The position numbers were made by a program, and so were the translations under genes. 64,000 bases of DNA from Candidatus Thorarchaeota archaeon (GTDB lineage Archaea; Asgardarchaeota; Thorarchaeia; Thorarchaeales; Thorarchaeaceae), in contig JBHLRS010000018.1 of NCBI GenBank assembly GCA_048882325.1, forward strand, positions 42-64,041, written 5' to 3'. Shown here piece after piece: positions 49,075 through 58,602 of the stretch (the first letter of the stretch is position 1; each line of letters opens with the position of its first letter). The notes beneath the pieces were generated by a model that saw only the letters and a program-made list of their open reading frames with translations, was not told where the DNA came from and made no database searches.

Positions 49075-50535
49075 TTGGATAACACTCGTATGGGACTGGA
49101 TGATTCTCACAAGAACCCTTCAAGCAAGATTGGGTCAGTTGATATAGAAACTCCATACGATACATTGTTCCCTGATGTAAATGATTCTTCTGTTCAATTC
49201 TATCTTGATGCTATGCGAATCTATCTAGGTATCTGTTCAGGCTCCGTTACAATGGAAGACGCATTGATAGCAGTTGAACATCTAAAAACTAATCCAGAGT
49301 TCGTCGCCTACCCTACAAATCCAACTCTAGTTCCAATCAATGAATCTTTCAAGAACAAAGTTTTAGAAAACCTGAAAACCCTGAGTAAGTTCAACCTTCT
49401 AACAAGAGACTCTGTTAGGTCTGCATATACCTTTGCTTTTCTTATAGAAGAAGCTCCAATCACCAAGACTGATTTAGATGTTCTCAAAGTATTAACTATC
49501 AATCCTATAATCTCTCTTGTGAAGACATCAGAAATCTTGGATATGGCCCCTAGAACTGTTGCAAGGTCGTTAGAACGTCTTCGCGAGCGACATTTTGTGA
49601 GATTCAGTGCAATACTTGATTATACAGCGTTCAACATCCAATCAGCTATGCTGTTTTTCACTGTTAAAGAGGATGTTGAATGGACCGAGGTGGAGCAAGG
49701 GTTTTCTGAATATCCATTTACGAAAAGTTTTCTCAAAACGACAATGACAGATTTAGGATATGCAAGCTTCATGATTCCGAATAGGGAAAGAAATCTACCG
49801 ACATTTCATGATTCTATCAGAGATGTTTCAAAGACTTACTTTGACTATTCAAGCTTGCATTATCAAACTGGATCTGGTGCAAGATCGAATCTTCCACTTT
49901 TTGAATCTGGCAAGTGGGCTCTAGCAAGTGCTGTCGAGTCTCCATTCAAAGAAACAACTCATGAAATCGATGAATTACCTGTATTGTTACTTTGCAAAGG
50001 GATACAGTCTGAATTCGGAGAAACTGAATTGGCAGTTGGTAATCAGCTTCAGATAGATGTCAGATTTCAACCAAGTAAAATCAGTAAGAATCTAGCCGCT
50101 TATGGTTGGGATATTGACGCTCGTAGAGTCTCACAAGTAATTCATAAACTCAACAATCGGGCACTTATTCTCCCATATGTTGCTGTTTCTGGTCTCGGGC
50201 TAACATCGAATTTCTGCTTTGAGATTGTGTGCAATGACTCATGGAGAGACCGAATTCTCTCTACAATCGTCACTTTTCCATGGACTATGTACTATCTCTC
50301 AGCACGGGGCATTATTGTTTGGACTAGTGTACCAGCAAATCAACAGGTCGAGTACTATCAGGTATTTCGTGCTCTTCAGCAAATGAGTGGTGTTGACATC
50401 GTACAACCAATCATGACAATCAGTCAACGTGGTTCTAGGGCAACAATGGATTTAACCAAGAACTGGGAGTATTATGAAGGAGTCTGGTCGGTGAAGCCAG
50501 ACGAGGTTGACATCCGTCAATATCTCCCACCTTAA
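49075..50535 (+). CDS. N-terminal domain plus tandem AsnC/Lrp-like wHTH regulator
   Basis: ITKTDLDVLKVL..NP...SEILDMAPRTVARSLERLRER; second degenerate HTH. Confidence 0.75.
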   Translation: MDNTRMGLDDSHKNPSSKIGSVDIETPYDTLFPDVNDSSVQFYLDAMRIYLGICSGSVTMEDALIAVEHLKTNPEFVAYPTNPTLVPINESFKNKVLENLKTLSKFNLLTRDSVRSAYTFAFLIEEAPITKTDLDVLKVLTINPIISLVKTSEILDMAPRTVARSLERLRERHFVRFSAILDYTAFNIQSAMLFFTVKEDVEWTEVEQGFSEYPFTKSFLKTTMTDLGYASFMIPNRERNLPTFHDSIRDVSKTYFDYSSLHYQTGSGARSNLPLFESGKWALASAVESPFKETTHEIDELPVLLLCKGIQSEFGETELAVGNQLQIDVRFQPSKISKNLAAYGWDIDARRVSQVIHKLNNRALILPYVAVSGLGLTSNFCFEIVCNDSWRDRILSTIVTFPWTMYYLSARGIIVWTSVPANQQVEYYQVFRALQQMSGVDIVQPIMTISQRGSRATMDLTKNWEYYEGVWSVKPDEVDIRQYLPP

Positions 50536-51443
50536 TCTCCTCTTTTTGCACTCGCCAAAGTTTGTACACCTTGTTTTCTGACTCCTTGAGGAGGGCCAAA
50601 AACAATAGATGATATACTCAATTTTTCAAGAGTTTTCATATAAACTTCGAGTTGCTCACTGGGTCCACAAAATGCGAATTTTCGCAGAACCTCACTTCCC
50701 AAAGTTTTGATAACTTCTGAATCTATCTGACCTGATTTCTTCAATACTTTTCTTGCTGCTTCGATCCGGTCACGAATACCAAATGCTTCACTCACGACAC
50801 TACTTAATCCGATAGCAACCATCGCAGCTGAACCTGAAATCCCCTGGTTCCTCATGATGTCTTGACAGTCACCTACAAAGGTGGGTGGAAAAACTCCCAA
50901 GTGAAAATCATCTGTTGCTTGATCTTCCATTTGCCTCAGTGCCCACTTCACCATTTCAATATCTGAATAATTCAACAATACTCCATCAGCTTTCAGTGAG
51001 GCTTTGATCATTACTGGACCCTGAGCTCCGAGAAGTACCGAGCTCTTATGACCAGCCTCTGAAATGGTCTGTTTAATCTCATCAAGTGCATCCTTTGTCT
51101 TGTCGACCATTGTCTTTGCTGTATATGACACTCCTACACTTGCTAGGGCAAGTCTGTCGCCAGGTCCAAGTAACAGGTCAAAGCGCTCACCATATGTATC
51201 AATCAGCGTCGACATGAACTGAGCGATGTGTGTTGTAGAGTAAAGAAGTGGACTCACCAATCCAACACCAACCCTGCAAGATGATGTTGATTCTGCGATC
51301 GCAGCCGCCACTGTTGGGGCGTATCTCAATGCTGGAAAATCTGTCACCCACACTTGGTCAAGTCCACCTTTATCAGCAATCTCTGCCTTTCGAATCGTTT
51401 CTGATATTCCATCACGGACGTTGAGAGCGACTCCCCATTTCAT
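50532..51443 (-). CDS. LLM-class (Mer-like, probably F420-dependent) oxidoreductase
   Basis: A...GLD.VWV.D, GAQGP.M....ADGVLLN. Confidence 0.85.
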   Translation of the reverse strand: MKWGVALNVRDGISETIRKAEIADKGGLDQVWVTDFPALRYAPTVAAAIAESTSSCRVGVGLVSPLLYSTTHIAQFMSTLIDTYGERFDLLLGPGDRLALASVGVSYTAKTMVDKTKDALDEIKQTISEAGHKSSVLLGAQGPVMIKASLKADGVLLNYSDIEMVKWALRQMEDQATDDFHLGVFPPTFVGDCQDIMRNQGISGSAAMVAIGLSSVVSEAFGIRDRIEAARKVLKKSGQIDSEVIKTLGSEVLRKFAFCGPSEQLEVYMKTLEKLSISSIVFGPPQGVRKQGVQTLASAKRGD

Positions 51444-52444
51444 GACTTTTCCCTCCTTGAATGAACCTCTACAAATATCTCTTCCAAAGCCGCTCTCCAA
51501 TCTCCTGAAAATGGTGGTCCAATCACCAGTTCTGTTCCACCTATTTTAGAAATAGCTTCAAATCTATCAACCATGTGTTCCTTTGTTCCACTAATCGAGA
51601 ATATATCAAGTAGTTCATCATCGATGAGTTCAGCACCCTCCTTTGGACTGGATGCTGCTACAGTTTCTCGAACCCGATTCACTTTCTCCCTGTCAACATC
51701 TAGCAGGTCTAACACAGGATCCGGGGTATCTGCAATGACCAGCGCAACAACCTTACGAGCGACTTTCTGCTTTATACCTTTGAAGGTAGGAATTGTTGGG
51801 ACCCAAATCACCTTTTCGACATTGTTTCCGTTCTTACCCGCTTTTTTAGCGGCGTCGTTGACTATCCTGACTGCATGTCGTAGATAGTCAAAGGGTCCTG
51901 ACAATATCACTCCATCTGCAATCTGACCAGCTAGCTTCAACATCTGTGGACCTCTGACCCCCAAGAAGATGGGGATTTCTAAGGGGTTTTCCAATCCTAA
52001 ACCAAAACCCTGCAATGAGATATTCTCACTCTTCACATCTACCGTTTCTCCAGCCCACAGGCTCTTGAGAGTATTCACAGATTTTCTGAGTTCAGTGACT
52101 GGTTTCTCAATTTTGATTCCATGTTTCTCCAAGTCCTGGATTCCACCAATACCAAGACCATACGCGAACCTTCCAGGTCCAATCTCATCAAGAGCAATCC
52201 CTGCACGAGATATCGTGGAGATGTTATGGACCGTGACAGGGATGATTCCTGTTCCAACCCGTACCTTCTTTGACTGAAGCAGTGTAACTGCAGTCAGCAC
52301 GAAAGTTTCTTGTCCGAGTGCGATATCCTCGCCAACCCATATGCTTCTAGCGCCAAGTGAGTCTGCTTTCTGAGCAATCCATTTGGTTGCACTTACTCTC
52401 ATGTTTGTAGTAATACCAATACTCACATTGTACGATTCACTCAT
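51440..52444 (-). CDS. LLM-class (Mer-like, probably F420-dependent) oxidoreductase
   Basis: VGTGI, GRFAYGLGIG, G.RGPQMLKLAGQIADGVIL. Confidence 0.88.
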   Translation of the reverse strand: MSESYNVSIGITTNMRVSATKWIAQKADSLGARSIWVGEDIALGQETFVLTAVTLLQSKKVRVGTGIIPVTVHNISTISRAGIALDEIGPGRFAYGLGIGGIQDLEKHGIKIEKPVTELRKSVNTLKSLWAGETVDVKSENISLQGFGLGLENPLEIPIFLGVRGPQMLKLAGQIADGVILSGPFDYLRHAVRIVNDAAKKAGKNGNNVEKVIWVPTIPTFKGIKQKVARKVVALVIADTPDPVLDLLDVDREKVNRVRETVAASSPKEGAELIDDELLDIFSISGTKEHMVDRFEAISKIGGTELVIGPPFSGDWRAALEEIFVEVHSRREKS

Positions 52445-52537
52445 CTTGACCAGATCACTCCTTTCCAAGTCATGCCCTTCTCAAATATCCACCTTTTGTT
52501 AGGGGATATGTATTTCTGTGAGTGCGGGTAGTCAAAG

Positions 52538-53098
52538 ATGATTACATTGGCTCGCATTGTCTGGGGAATAACCGGTTCCGGCGATTTAGTAAGTGAGACA
52601 TTTCAGAGTATGAAGCAGCTTGAAGAAAATGCTGCCATTCGTCTTACAGTCATTGTTTCAAAGGCTGGAGAACAGATGCTTAGACTATATGGTCGCTGGG
52701 ATGAATTGACCACGTCTTTCTCAAAGGTTATGAAGGAGTCTAATGCCAATGTACCATTCCTTGCAGGTCCGCTTCAGATAGGAAAGTTCGATGCTCTTGT
52801 GGTAGCTCCCTTGACTGCAAATTCGACTGCAAAGATCGCTCATGGAATTGCTGACACGTTGATTACAAACGCAGTTGCTCAGACATTGAAAGGAACCACA
52901 CCAGTGATCTTGTTTCCCGTTGACCAGGTGGAAGAGGAAGTTCAAGCAATAGGACCTAAGGGCGAAGAATTCACAATCAAACCTCGGAAGGTCGACCTCG
53001 ATAATGTCAGACGTCTTAGAGAGATGGAACGTGTCACTGTTGTAAGTTCCCCTCTTATGATTCCCAATCTTATTGCAGACCTTCTCAAGCGCAAATGA
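52538..53098 (+). CDS. afpA: Archaeoflavoprotein AfpA family
   Basis: WGITGSGD, ANVPFLAGPLQ.GKFD, TANSTAKIAHGIADTL. Confidence 0.88.
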   Translation: MITLARIVWGITGSGDLVSETFQSMKQLEENAAIRLTVIVSKAGEQMLRLYGRWDELTTSFSKVMKESNANVPFLAGPLQIGKFDALVVAPLTANSTAKIAHGIADTLITNAVAQTLKGTTPVILFPVDQVEEEVQAIGPKGEEFTIKPRKVDLDNVRRLREMERVTVVSSPLMIPNLIADLLKRK

Positions 53099-53107
53099 GG
53101 AATTTGC

Positions 53108-53755
53108 ATGGGCAAAGATACTCGGAAGCATTCTCTTGTTCGAAAGAGGGTGATCGAATGGTATGAACAAAGTGGTCGTCGTTTTCCGTGGAGAGAAACC
53201 ACTGATCCTTACCAGATTCTGATTGCTGAGATACTCCTCCGAAGGACTACAGCCGCTGCTGTATCGAGAGTGTATCCTGAGTTCTTGAGAAAGTTCGACT
53301 CTCCTGCCCGTCTTGGCAAATCTCGAGAATCAACAATAGCAAAAGCCTTGTCATCGCTGGGATTACAGGAACTTAGAGCTAGACAACTCAAGAGGACTGC
53401 AACAATCATAATGAAAGACTATGATGGCACAATTCCAAAGTCCAACGAGGAACTCCAATCTCTCCCTGGTATCGGGCTGTACATTGCGTCTGCGGTACGG
53501 AATTTTGCATTTGGTGAGCCTGCACCTCTACTTGACGGAAATGTAATCCACTTTGTTTCCAGAGTTTTTGGAGTCCAATTCACTGGACCTAATGATGCAA
53601 AAGCCTGGGAATTTGTAAACAAGTTTGGTGGGCCGCATCAACCGGAGTTTTACTGGGGTATCATTGACCTTGTAGCAACGGTATGTCTTAGGCAAAATCC
53701 CAGATGTTCTATCTGTCCTGTTTCCGGAAAATGCAATTGGTTTGTTAGTCACTGA
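53108..53755 (+). CDS. HhH-GPD mismatch DNA glycosylase (MIG/MutY-like)
   Basis: FPWRETTDPY.ILIAEILLRRT, LPGIG.Y.A, DGNV, FeS cluster motif. Confidence 0.9.
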   Translation: MGKDTRKHSLVRKRVIEWYEQSGRRFPWRETTDPYQILIAEILLRRTTAAAVSRVYPEFLRKFDSPARLGKSRESTIAKALSSLGLQELRARQLKRTATIIMKDYDGTIPKSNEELQSLPGIGLYIASAVRNFAFGEPAPLLDGNVIHFVSRVFGVQFTGPNDAKAWEFVNKFGGPHQPEFYWGIIDLVATVCLRQNPRCSICPVSGKCNWFVSH

Positions 53756-53759
53756 GATT

Positions 53760-54131
53760 TCAATCCAAATCAGGGATTGATATCTCAACGGAGAGTTTCT
53801 CACCACATGGACATGTTGCATTGATTGGGTAGACATTGGGAGTATCAATGCTGATTTCGGCTCCCTGCATGGCAGCCTTGTCTATCAAAGCCTGCATGTT
53901 ATGAACCATGTATCTAGCAAATCCAGCAACAACATCTGGAATGGCCATATCATTAATCCAGTACACGAATCGAGTACAACTAGGGCAGTGGCTCACGAGA
54001 ATGTGCGTTCCATCACCACAGTTCGTGCAGGTGAGATTGGTATGATGATACTCTGGTGCAGTTGGCATAGGAAGACTTAGTCGATTCTCACCACCGCAAC
54101 GATAACAAAAATAGCTGAACTCTTGTTCCAT
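53760..54131 (-). CDS. Multi-zinc-ribbon hypothetical protein
   Basis: CYRC, CTNC, CPSC, CPC pairs; GAGGT RBS. Confidence 0.8.
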   Translation of the reverse strand: MEQEFSYFCYRCGGENRLSLPMPTAPEYHHTNLTCTNCGDGTHILVSHCPSCTRFVYWINDMAIPDVVAGFARYMVHNMQALIDKAAMQGAEISIDTPNVYPINATCPCGEKLSVEISIPDLD

Positions 54132-54252
54132 TAATGATACCTCTTTCGTTTCAAGTCCTTGTAGTTTCATTGAATGACCCAACACTATTAGAACATTGTT
54201 TTGTGGTTCTAATAAGGCATGATTCACACCATATTGAGGAAGTGAAGATAGA

Positions 54253-54453
54253 ATGTTGATACAACAACAGAACACGAAATTGATGTCCTTGTTACTCGTG
54301 TTCCTCACCGAGAACTACCTTACTGAATTACGACCCTGCAATGTCTGCGATACAACCGCTCCCCGATATGAACGCTGTTTTTTCATCAATGGTCGGTGGG
54401 TGTGTGCTGATTGTGTACTCTATAGAATCAATGGTATTATGCACCCATGTTAG
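54253..54453 (+). CDS. Small zinc-finger protein (start uncertain)
   Basis: CNVC...WVCADC treble-clef-like motif. Confidence 0.6.
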   Translation: MLIQQQNTKLMSLLLVFLTENYLTELRPCNVCDTTAPRYERCFFINGRWVCADCVLYRINGIMHPC

Positions 54454-54507
54454 CACCTACTGAACCGAACAGTGTAAAAGTAAGTACTGGACCCTGAATC
54501 TAGTCAG

Positions 54508-55284
54508 GTGGTTCCATTGAAGAAACGAGTTCAACCACATCTAAGAGTTGGAGAAGGCGATGTAGAGAAACATGTTGTAATCACAGGTAATCCTGATCGA
54601 GTACCGATTATTGCCTCGAGGATGAAAGATCCTGAAGAGGTATCACGATATCGAGGACTTGTTACTTATCGTGCATATACACCAAAAGGTACACCAGTGA
54701 CCATCTCCGGCACTGGAATGGGTGTGGCATCGACTCACATCTGCATTGAGGAGTTAGCCAAGCTCGATTGTGAAGTGATTATTCGTCTTGGCAGTTGTGG
54801 AGGTATCGATCCCATTGTAAAGGTGGGTGACGTTGTTGTTCCGACAGCTTGTGTACGAGACGAACGTGCGAGTCTTAACTACGCTCCAATGGAATATCCC
54901 GCAGTAGCATCACCTAGATGGTTCCTTGCACTCTATGAAAGCATCTTAGAATTACTTCCACGTGAACGAGTACATGCAGGTATCAATTGGACCTCGGACA
55001 TCTATTACGTAAACCCAGCACTGAATAAGCTTGACCTCTGGACCCGCGCCAAGGTCAAGAGTGTTGAGATGGAATCTTCTCTGCTATTCACCTTTGCACA
55101 AACTAGAGGTTTGGAGGCTGCTGCAATCCTGTCATGTGATGGCAATCTCCACGGCGCTCAGAAGACCGAACAGGCTGAAGAAGGAGAGGCGAGTGGAGAG
55201 CAAGACCCGTTACTGGTTGAAGCAATAGCAAAGTCACTTGACGCCTTGGTTATGGCAATCGACAGGATGGAAGAGTCCAGGTGA
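54508..55284 (+). CDS. Nucleoside (uridine-type) phosphorylase
   Basis: GNPDR, GTGMG, RLGSCG, VEMES. Confidence 0.92.
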   Translation: MVPLKKRVQPHLRVGEGDVEKHVVITGNPDRVPIIASRMKDPEEVSRYRGLVTYRAYTPKGTPVTISGTGMGVASTHICIEELAKLDCEVIIRLGSCGGIDPIVKVGDVVVPTACVRDERASLNYAPMEYPAVASPRWFLALYESILELLPRERVHAGINWTSDIYYVNPALNKLDLWTRAKVKSVEMESSLLFTFAQTRGLEAAAILSCDGNLHGAQKTEQAEEGEASGEQDPLLVEAIAKSLDALVMAIDRMEESR

Positions 55285-55299
55285 CCAAGCAGGTTTTTA

Positions 55300-56433
55300 G
55301 TGGAGTTATGTATTGGTAGAAATACTATGCAGGAGTCTGGGGTTCGCAGTAGCGTTTTTTGTGATTCTAGTCAGCAGATTACGCTAAGTACCTTTGACAA
55401 GGTGAGTAATCCTAGGTCCATCCATGGTATCTATCCATACAGAGGAAAGATGTCTGCATTAGACGCCGCTCATGTCATCTCACAGCTACCACCAACTGCC
55501 ACACTCTTGGACCCATTCTGTGGTACGGGTACAATCGTCTACGAGGCACAGGCACGCGGTATGAAAGCAATAGGTGTTGACAACAATCCACTGGCATGTG
55601 TCATTGCGAAGGGGAAGACAGAACCAATAGATGTCGAGTCCACAATTGCCAGGCTTTCACATGCAATCTCAGAGGCTCAATTTCAGACCAATACTCCGCA
55701 AATGCCCACAGTGTCCTCGAAGTATTTCCATCCAGAAACAGCAGATCAGATCATGAGGATTAAGCAGGTTTCTGCAGACTTCAATTCATATCTACTTTCA
55801 GCATTCTATGGAGCAATCTGTGTTGCAGCTCGTGCCTGCAACGGGTGGTTGTGGACTTCCACATCAATCGGTAAAATCAATGAGCCATTGCGAAGGATCG
55901 ACTTCTACTCCACCCTACTGAGAAAGGCCAAAAAACACATAGAGTTCGTGAGTGATGGTCCTCCAACCAAGATCTATACTTATGACACACGCTTAATCCA
56001 TGAAGTCATTGAGGAAGAATCAGTTGACATTGTGTACACAAGCCCTCCCTATTTCGATGCACTTGACTATACTAACTACTACTCCAAGATAGTGCTAGGG
56101 ATACTTGGCATAGATCGCGTTTCGGTACGTAAAGGACTCATCCAGCGCTATTCTACATATCGAGAAGACATGAAGGAAGCGCTGAGTGCTATTGATAGAG
56201 TGGTACATGATGAATCGCTCATCATCTTTGTTGTTGGAGACCGTAAGGTACGAGGTAATCTGATCAGGGGCTCTGAGTTTTTCACTGAAATTGCTCCTTG
56301 GGATAATCCCTATGTTGTTGAAAGAGAGTACACAAACACTGCAAGTGGCATTTGGGACAAGATAAACAAGACTCAGAGGAAAGAGCAAATCTTGGTCTGG
56401 GACTTGACAAACGGGGGTCGGAGGTCAGAATGA
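55300..56433 (+). CDS. DNA amino-methyltransferase (SAM motif first, probably N4-cytosine)
   Basis: H.IYPY.GK, DPFCGTGT, TSPPY. Confidence 0.88.
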   Translation: MELCIGRNTMQESGVRSSVFCDSSQQITLSTFDKVSNPRSIHGIYPYRGKMSALDAAHVISQLPPTATLLDPFCGTGTIVYEAQARGMKAIGVDNNPLACVIAKGKTEPIDVESTIARLSHAISEAQFQTNTPQMPTVSSKYFHPETADQIMRIKQVSADFNSYLLSAFYGAICVAARACNGWLWTSTSIGKINEPLRRIDFYSTLLRKAKKHIEFVSDGPPTKIYTYDTRLIHEVIEEESVDIVYTSPPYFDALDYTNYYSKIVLGILGIDRVSVRKGLIQRYSTYREDMKEALSAIDRVVHDESLIIFVVGDRKVRGNLIRGSEFFTEIAPWDNPYVVEREYTNTASGIWDKINKTQRKEQILVWDLTNGGRRSE

Positions 56434-57260
56434 CTCACCACTTGGTTGTGATTGCCGATAGCACCCAAATGGAAGAGATTCAGGACGCATCGGTTCACCT
56501 CGTTGTTACATCTCCGCCTTATTGGAATTTGAAAGACTATGGTGAGGAACAGGGAATTGGCAAGAATTCCTCAACCTATGATGAGTACTTTACTGCTATC
56601 TGCGAAGTTTTTCGCGAGTGCGTAAAGAAACTTACACCTGATGGAAAGCTAGTGGTCAACATCATGCCCATTCTTTTAACCGGCAAGAACACCAAGTTCA
56701 ACCGGCGGGTCACAAAGACAATCCTCCCCGAGCTCGAGGAGTTCATGTCCTCATTGGGTAACATGTACTTCCACTCATTGTACATTTGGGACAAACGGAA
56801 AGCTGTCCGGTTTAGTTCATGGGGTTCATATCCATATCCACCGAATCTACTCTCAACCTATCCTTATGAGTGGATTATAGTCTATTCCAAGAGTGGAAAG
56901 AGACCCCCAGTTGACCCTGAACTAAAAGAGGCCTCAGTAATCTCACACGACGAATTCACAAACTGGGTGCAGAACTCTATTTGGGAGTTTCAACCAGCTT
57001 CAGCCAAACACGAGAATCATCCCGCACCCTTTCCAGAGGAACTCCCTCGGAGATGCATTAGACTGTACACGTTTGTGGGTGATACTGTGCTCGATCCATT
57101 TGCAGGAAGCGGTACTACACTCAAGGTCGCCCGTGATCTCGGAAGAAATTCGATTGGTTACGAGATCAATCCAGAGTACGAACGAGTGATTCGTGAAAAG
57201 ATGGTTTCTGTGTCAAATGATGATGACGATACTATTGAGTTCATCATACGCCAAACCTAA
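56430..57260 (+). CDS. DNA amino-methyltransferase, beta class
   Basis: TSPPYW first, HPAPFP, DPFAGSGTT later; ATGA overlap with the previous gene. Confidence 0.92.
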   Translation: MTHHLVVIADSTQMEEIQDASVHLVVTSPPYWNLKDYGEEQGIGKNSSTYDEYFTAICEVFRECVKKLTPDGKLVVNIMPILLTGKNTKFNRRVTKTILPELEEFMSSLGNMYFHSLYIWDKRKAVRFSSWGSYPYPPNLLSTYPYEWIIVYSKSGKRPPVDPELKEASVISHDEFTNWVQNSIWEFQPASAKHENHPAPFPEELPRRCIRLYTFVGDTVLDPFAGSGTTLKVARDLGRNSIGYEINPEYERVIREKMVSVSNDDDDTIEFIIRQT

Positions 57261-57316
57261 TTAGTTCTCAATGTTACGATGTGTTATCGGGTCAAGGGAA
57301 TTGTACCACAAAGGTC

Positions 57317-58564
57317 ATGATTCTCAAAGGGAGGTTAGCAGAATCTTTGACATATGATGTCATTGTCGTTGGAGCAGGACCTGCTGGTTCAATCGCTGCG
57401 CGTGATTGTGCCAATAAAGGCTTCAAGACTTTGTTATTAGAGAAGTACCCACTCCCACGAGAGAAACCATGTGGTGGTGCGGTCATGTATCGGGGACTGC
57501 GTACGATTGGAAAGCGAGTTCCTGAACATATCATCGAACAACGGATTTTTGGTCTGAGGTTCCTCCTGCCTGATGGCAGCGCTTCTGAGTTCGTTTCAAA
57601 CAAGCTGATTGGTATCACGGTCTTTCGTGATCGCTTTGATGAGTTTCTCGCTAGAGGTGCGAGTGATGCAGGTGCTGATCTTGTTGACAATGCAAGAGTG
57701 GTTGACGCTAGAATTTCAGAAGAGGCTACACATGTTCGAATTGCAGATGGACGCAAATATAGCGCCAAATATCTTCTTGGCGCAGATGGTGTAAACTCTA
57801 TAGTGAGCAGAGCATTGGGTCTCAGACCAAAGCGGAAGGATCTGTCAAGGATTGGGCTAGGAATGGAAGCAGACTTCCACGTTGGAAAAGAGGGTGTAAT
57901 GAAGGCGACTGGAGGTAACCCAACCATCCTGGAGGTATGTGCCGTCGACCATCGAGTCAGCTACGGGTGGGTATTTCCAAAAAAGGAACATCTAGCAATC
58001 GGTATCGCAGGTGCAGGTGTTCATATGCGTGCACTCAGACCAAGGTTTGATAACTTCTGCAGAACAGTTGAAAAGCGGATTAATATTAGTCTGAATCTGG
58101 AGAAAAGGCGAACCTTCTTTCTTGGAGGAGATGGTCTGAGAGGAAAGAACGTTGCAGACCGTACTATCTTGATTGGTGATGCAGCAGGGTTTGTGGATCC
58201 TCTAATGGGGGAAGGCATCGCCTATGCCATGAAATCAGGTGCGTTTGCGGCTGAAGTAATCAGCAAGGCATATGATGAGGACCGGTACGACAAAGAACGA
58301 CTCTCTGAGTATCAGGATCTTTGCCACAACGAATTCTCTGCCAATTTCGCACTGGCTTCACGCGTAGGAGTTAGAGGGCCCTCAATGGCTGAGATGATAC
58401 TACCTAAAGTGAACGGACACAAGATTGCCTCTGATGTGATGACAATGGTCGCCCGGGGAGAGATTGGCTATGCAGATATCCCCTATGTTGTCCTCAAAAG
58501 ACTGCCACGCGAGATTCCCACTATCATCAAACATGTCGTGCAGTCTCATCTCACCTCATCCTGA
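57317..58564 (+). CDS. Geranylgeranyl reductase family flavoprotein
   Basis: GAGPAGS, KPCGG, R..FD, GADG, YGWVFPK, GDAAG.VDP..GEGI. Confidence 0.92.
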   Translation: MILKGRLAESLTYDVIVVGAGPAGSIAARDCANKGFKTLLLEKYPLPREKPCGGAVMYRGLRTIGKRVPEHIIEQRIFGLRFLLPDGSASEFVSNKLIGITVFRDRFDEFLARGASDAGADLVDNARVVDARISEEATHVRIADGRKYSAKYLLGADGVNSIVSRALGLRPKRKDLSRIGLGMEADFHVGKEGVMKATGGNPTILEVCAVDHRVSYGWVFPKKEHLAIGIAGAGVHMRALRPRFDNFCRTVEKRINISLNLEKRRTFFLGGDGLRGKNVADRTILIGDAAGFVDPLMGEGIAYAMKSGAFAAEVISKAYDEDRYDKERLSEYQDLCHNEFSANFALASRVGVRGPSMAEMILPKVNGHKIASDVMTMVARGEIGYADIPYVVLKRLPREIPTIIKHVVQSHLTSS

Positions 58565-58602
58565 AAAACTTCATAGGTCCTTGTGCTGCGGTCGGTCTAA
58601 CG

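Noticed and set aside
57292-57927. 211-aa minus-strand ORF, and the many similar overlapping ORFs in the track
   Set aside because: Antisense or alternate-frame shadows of well-supported genes
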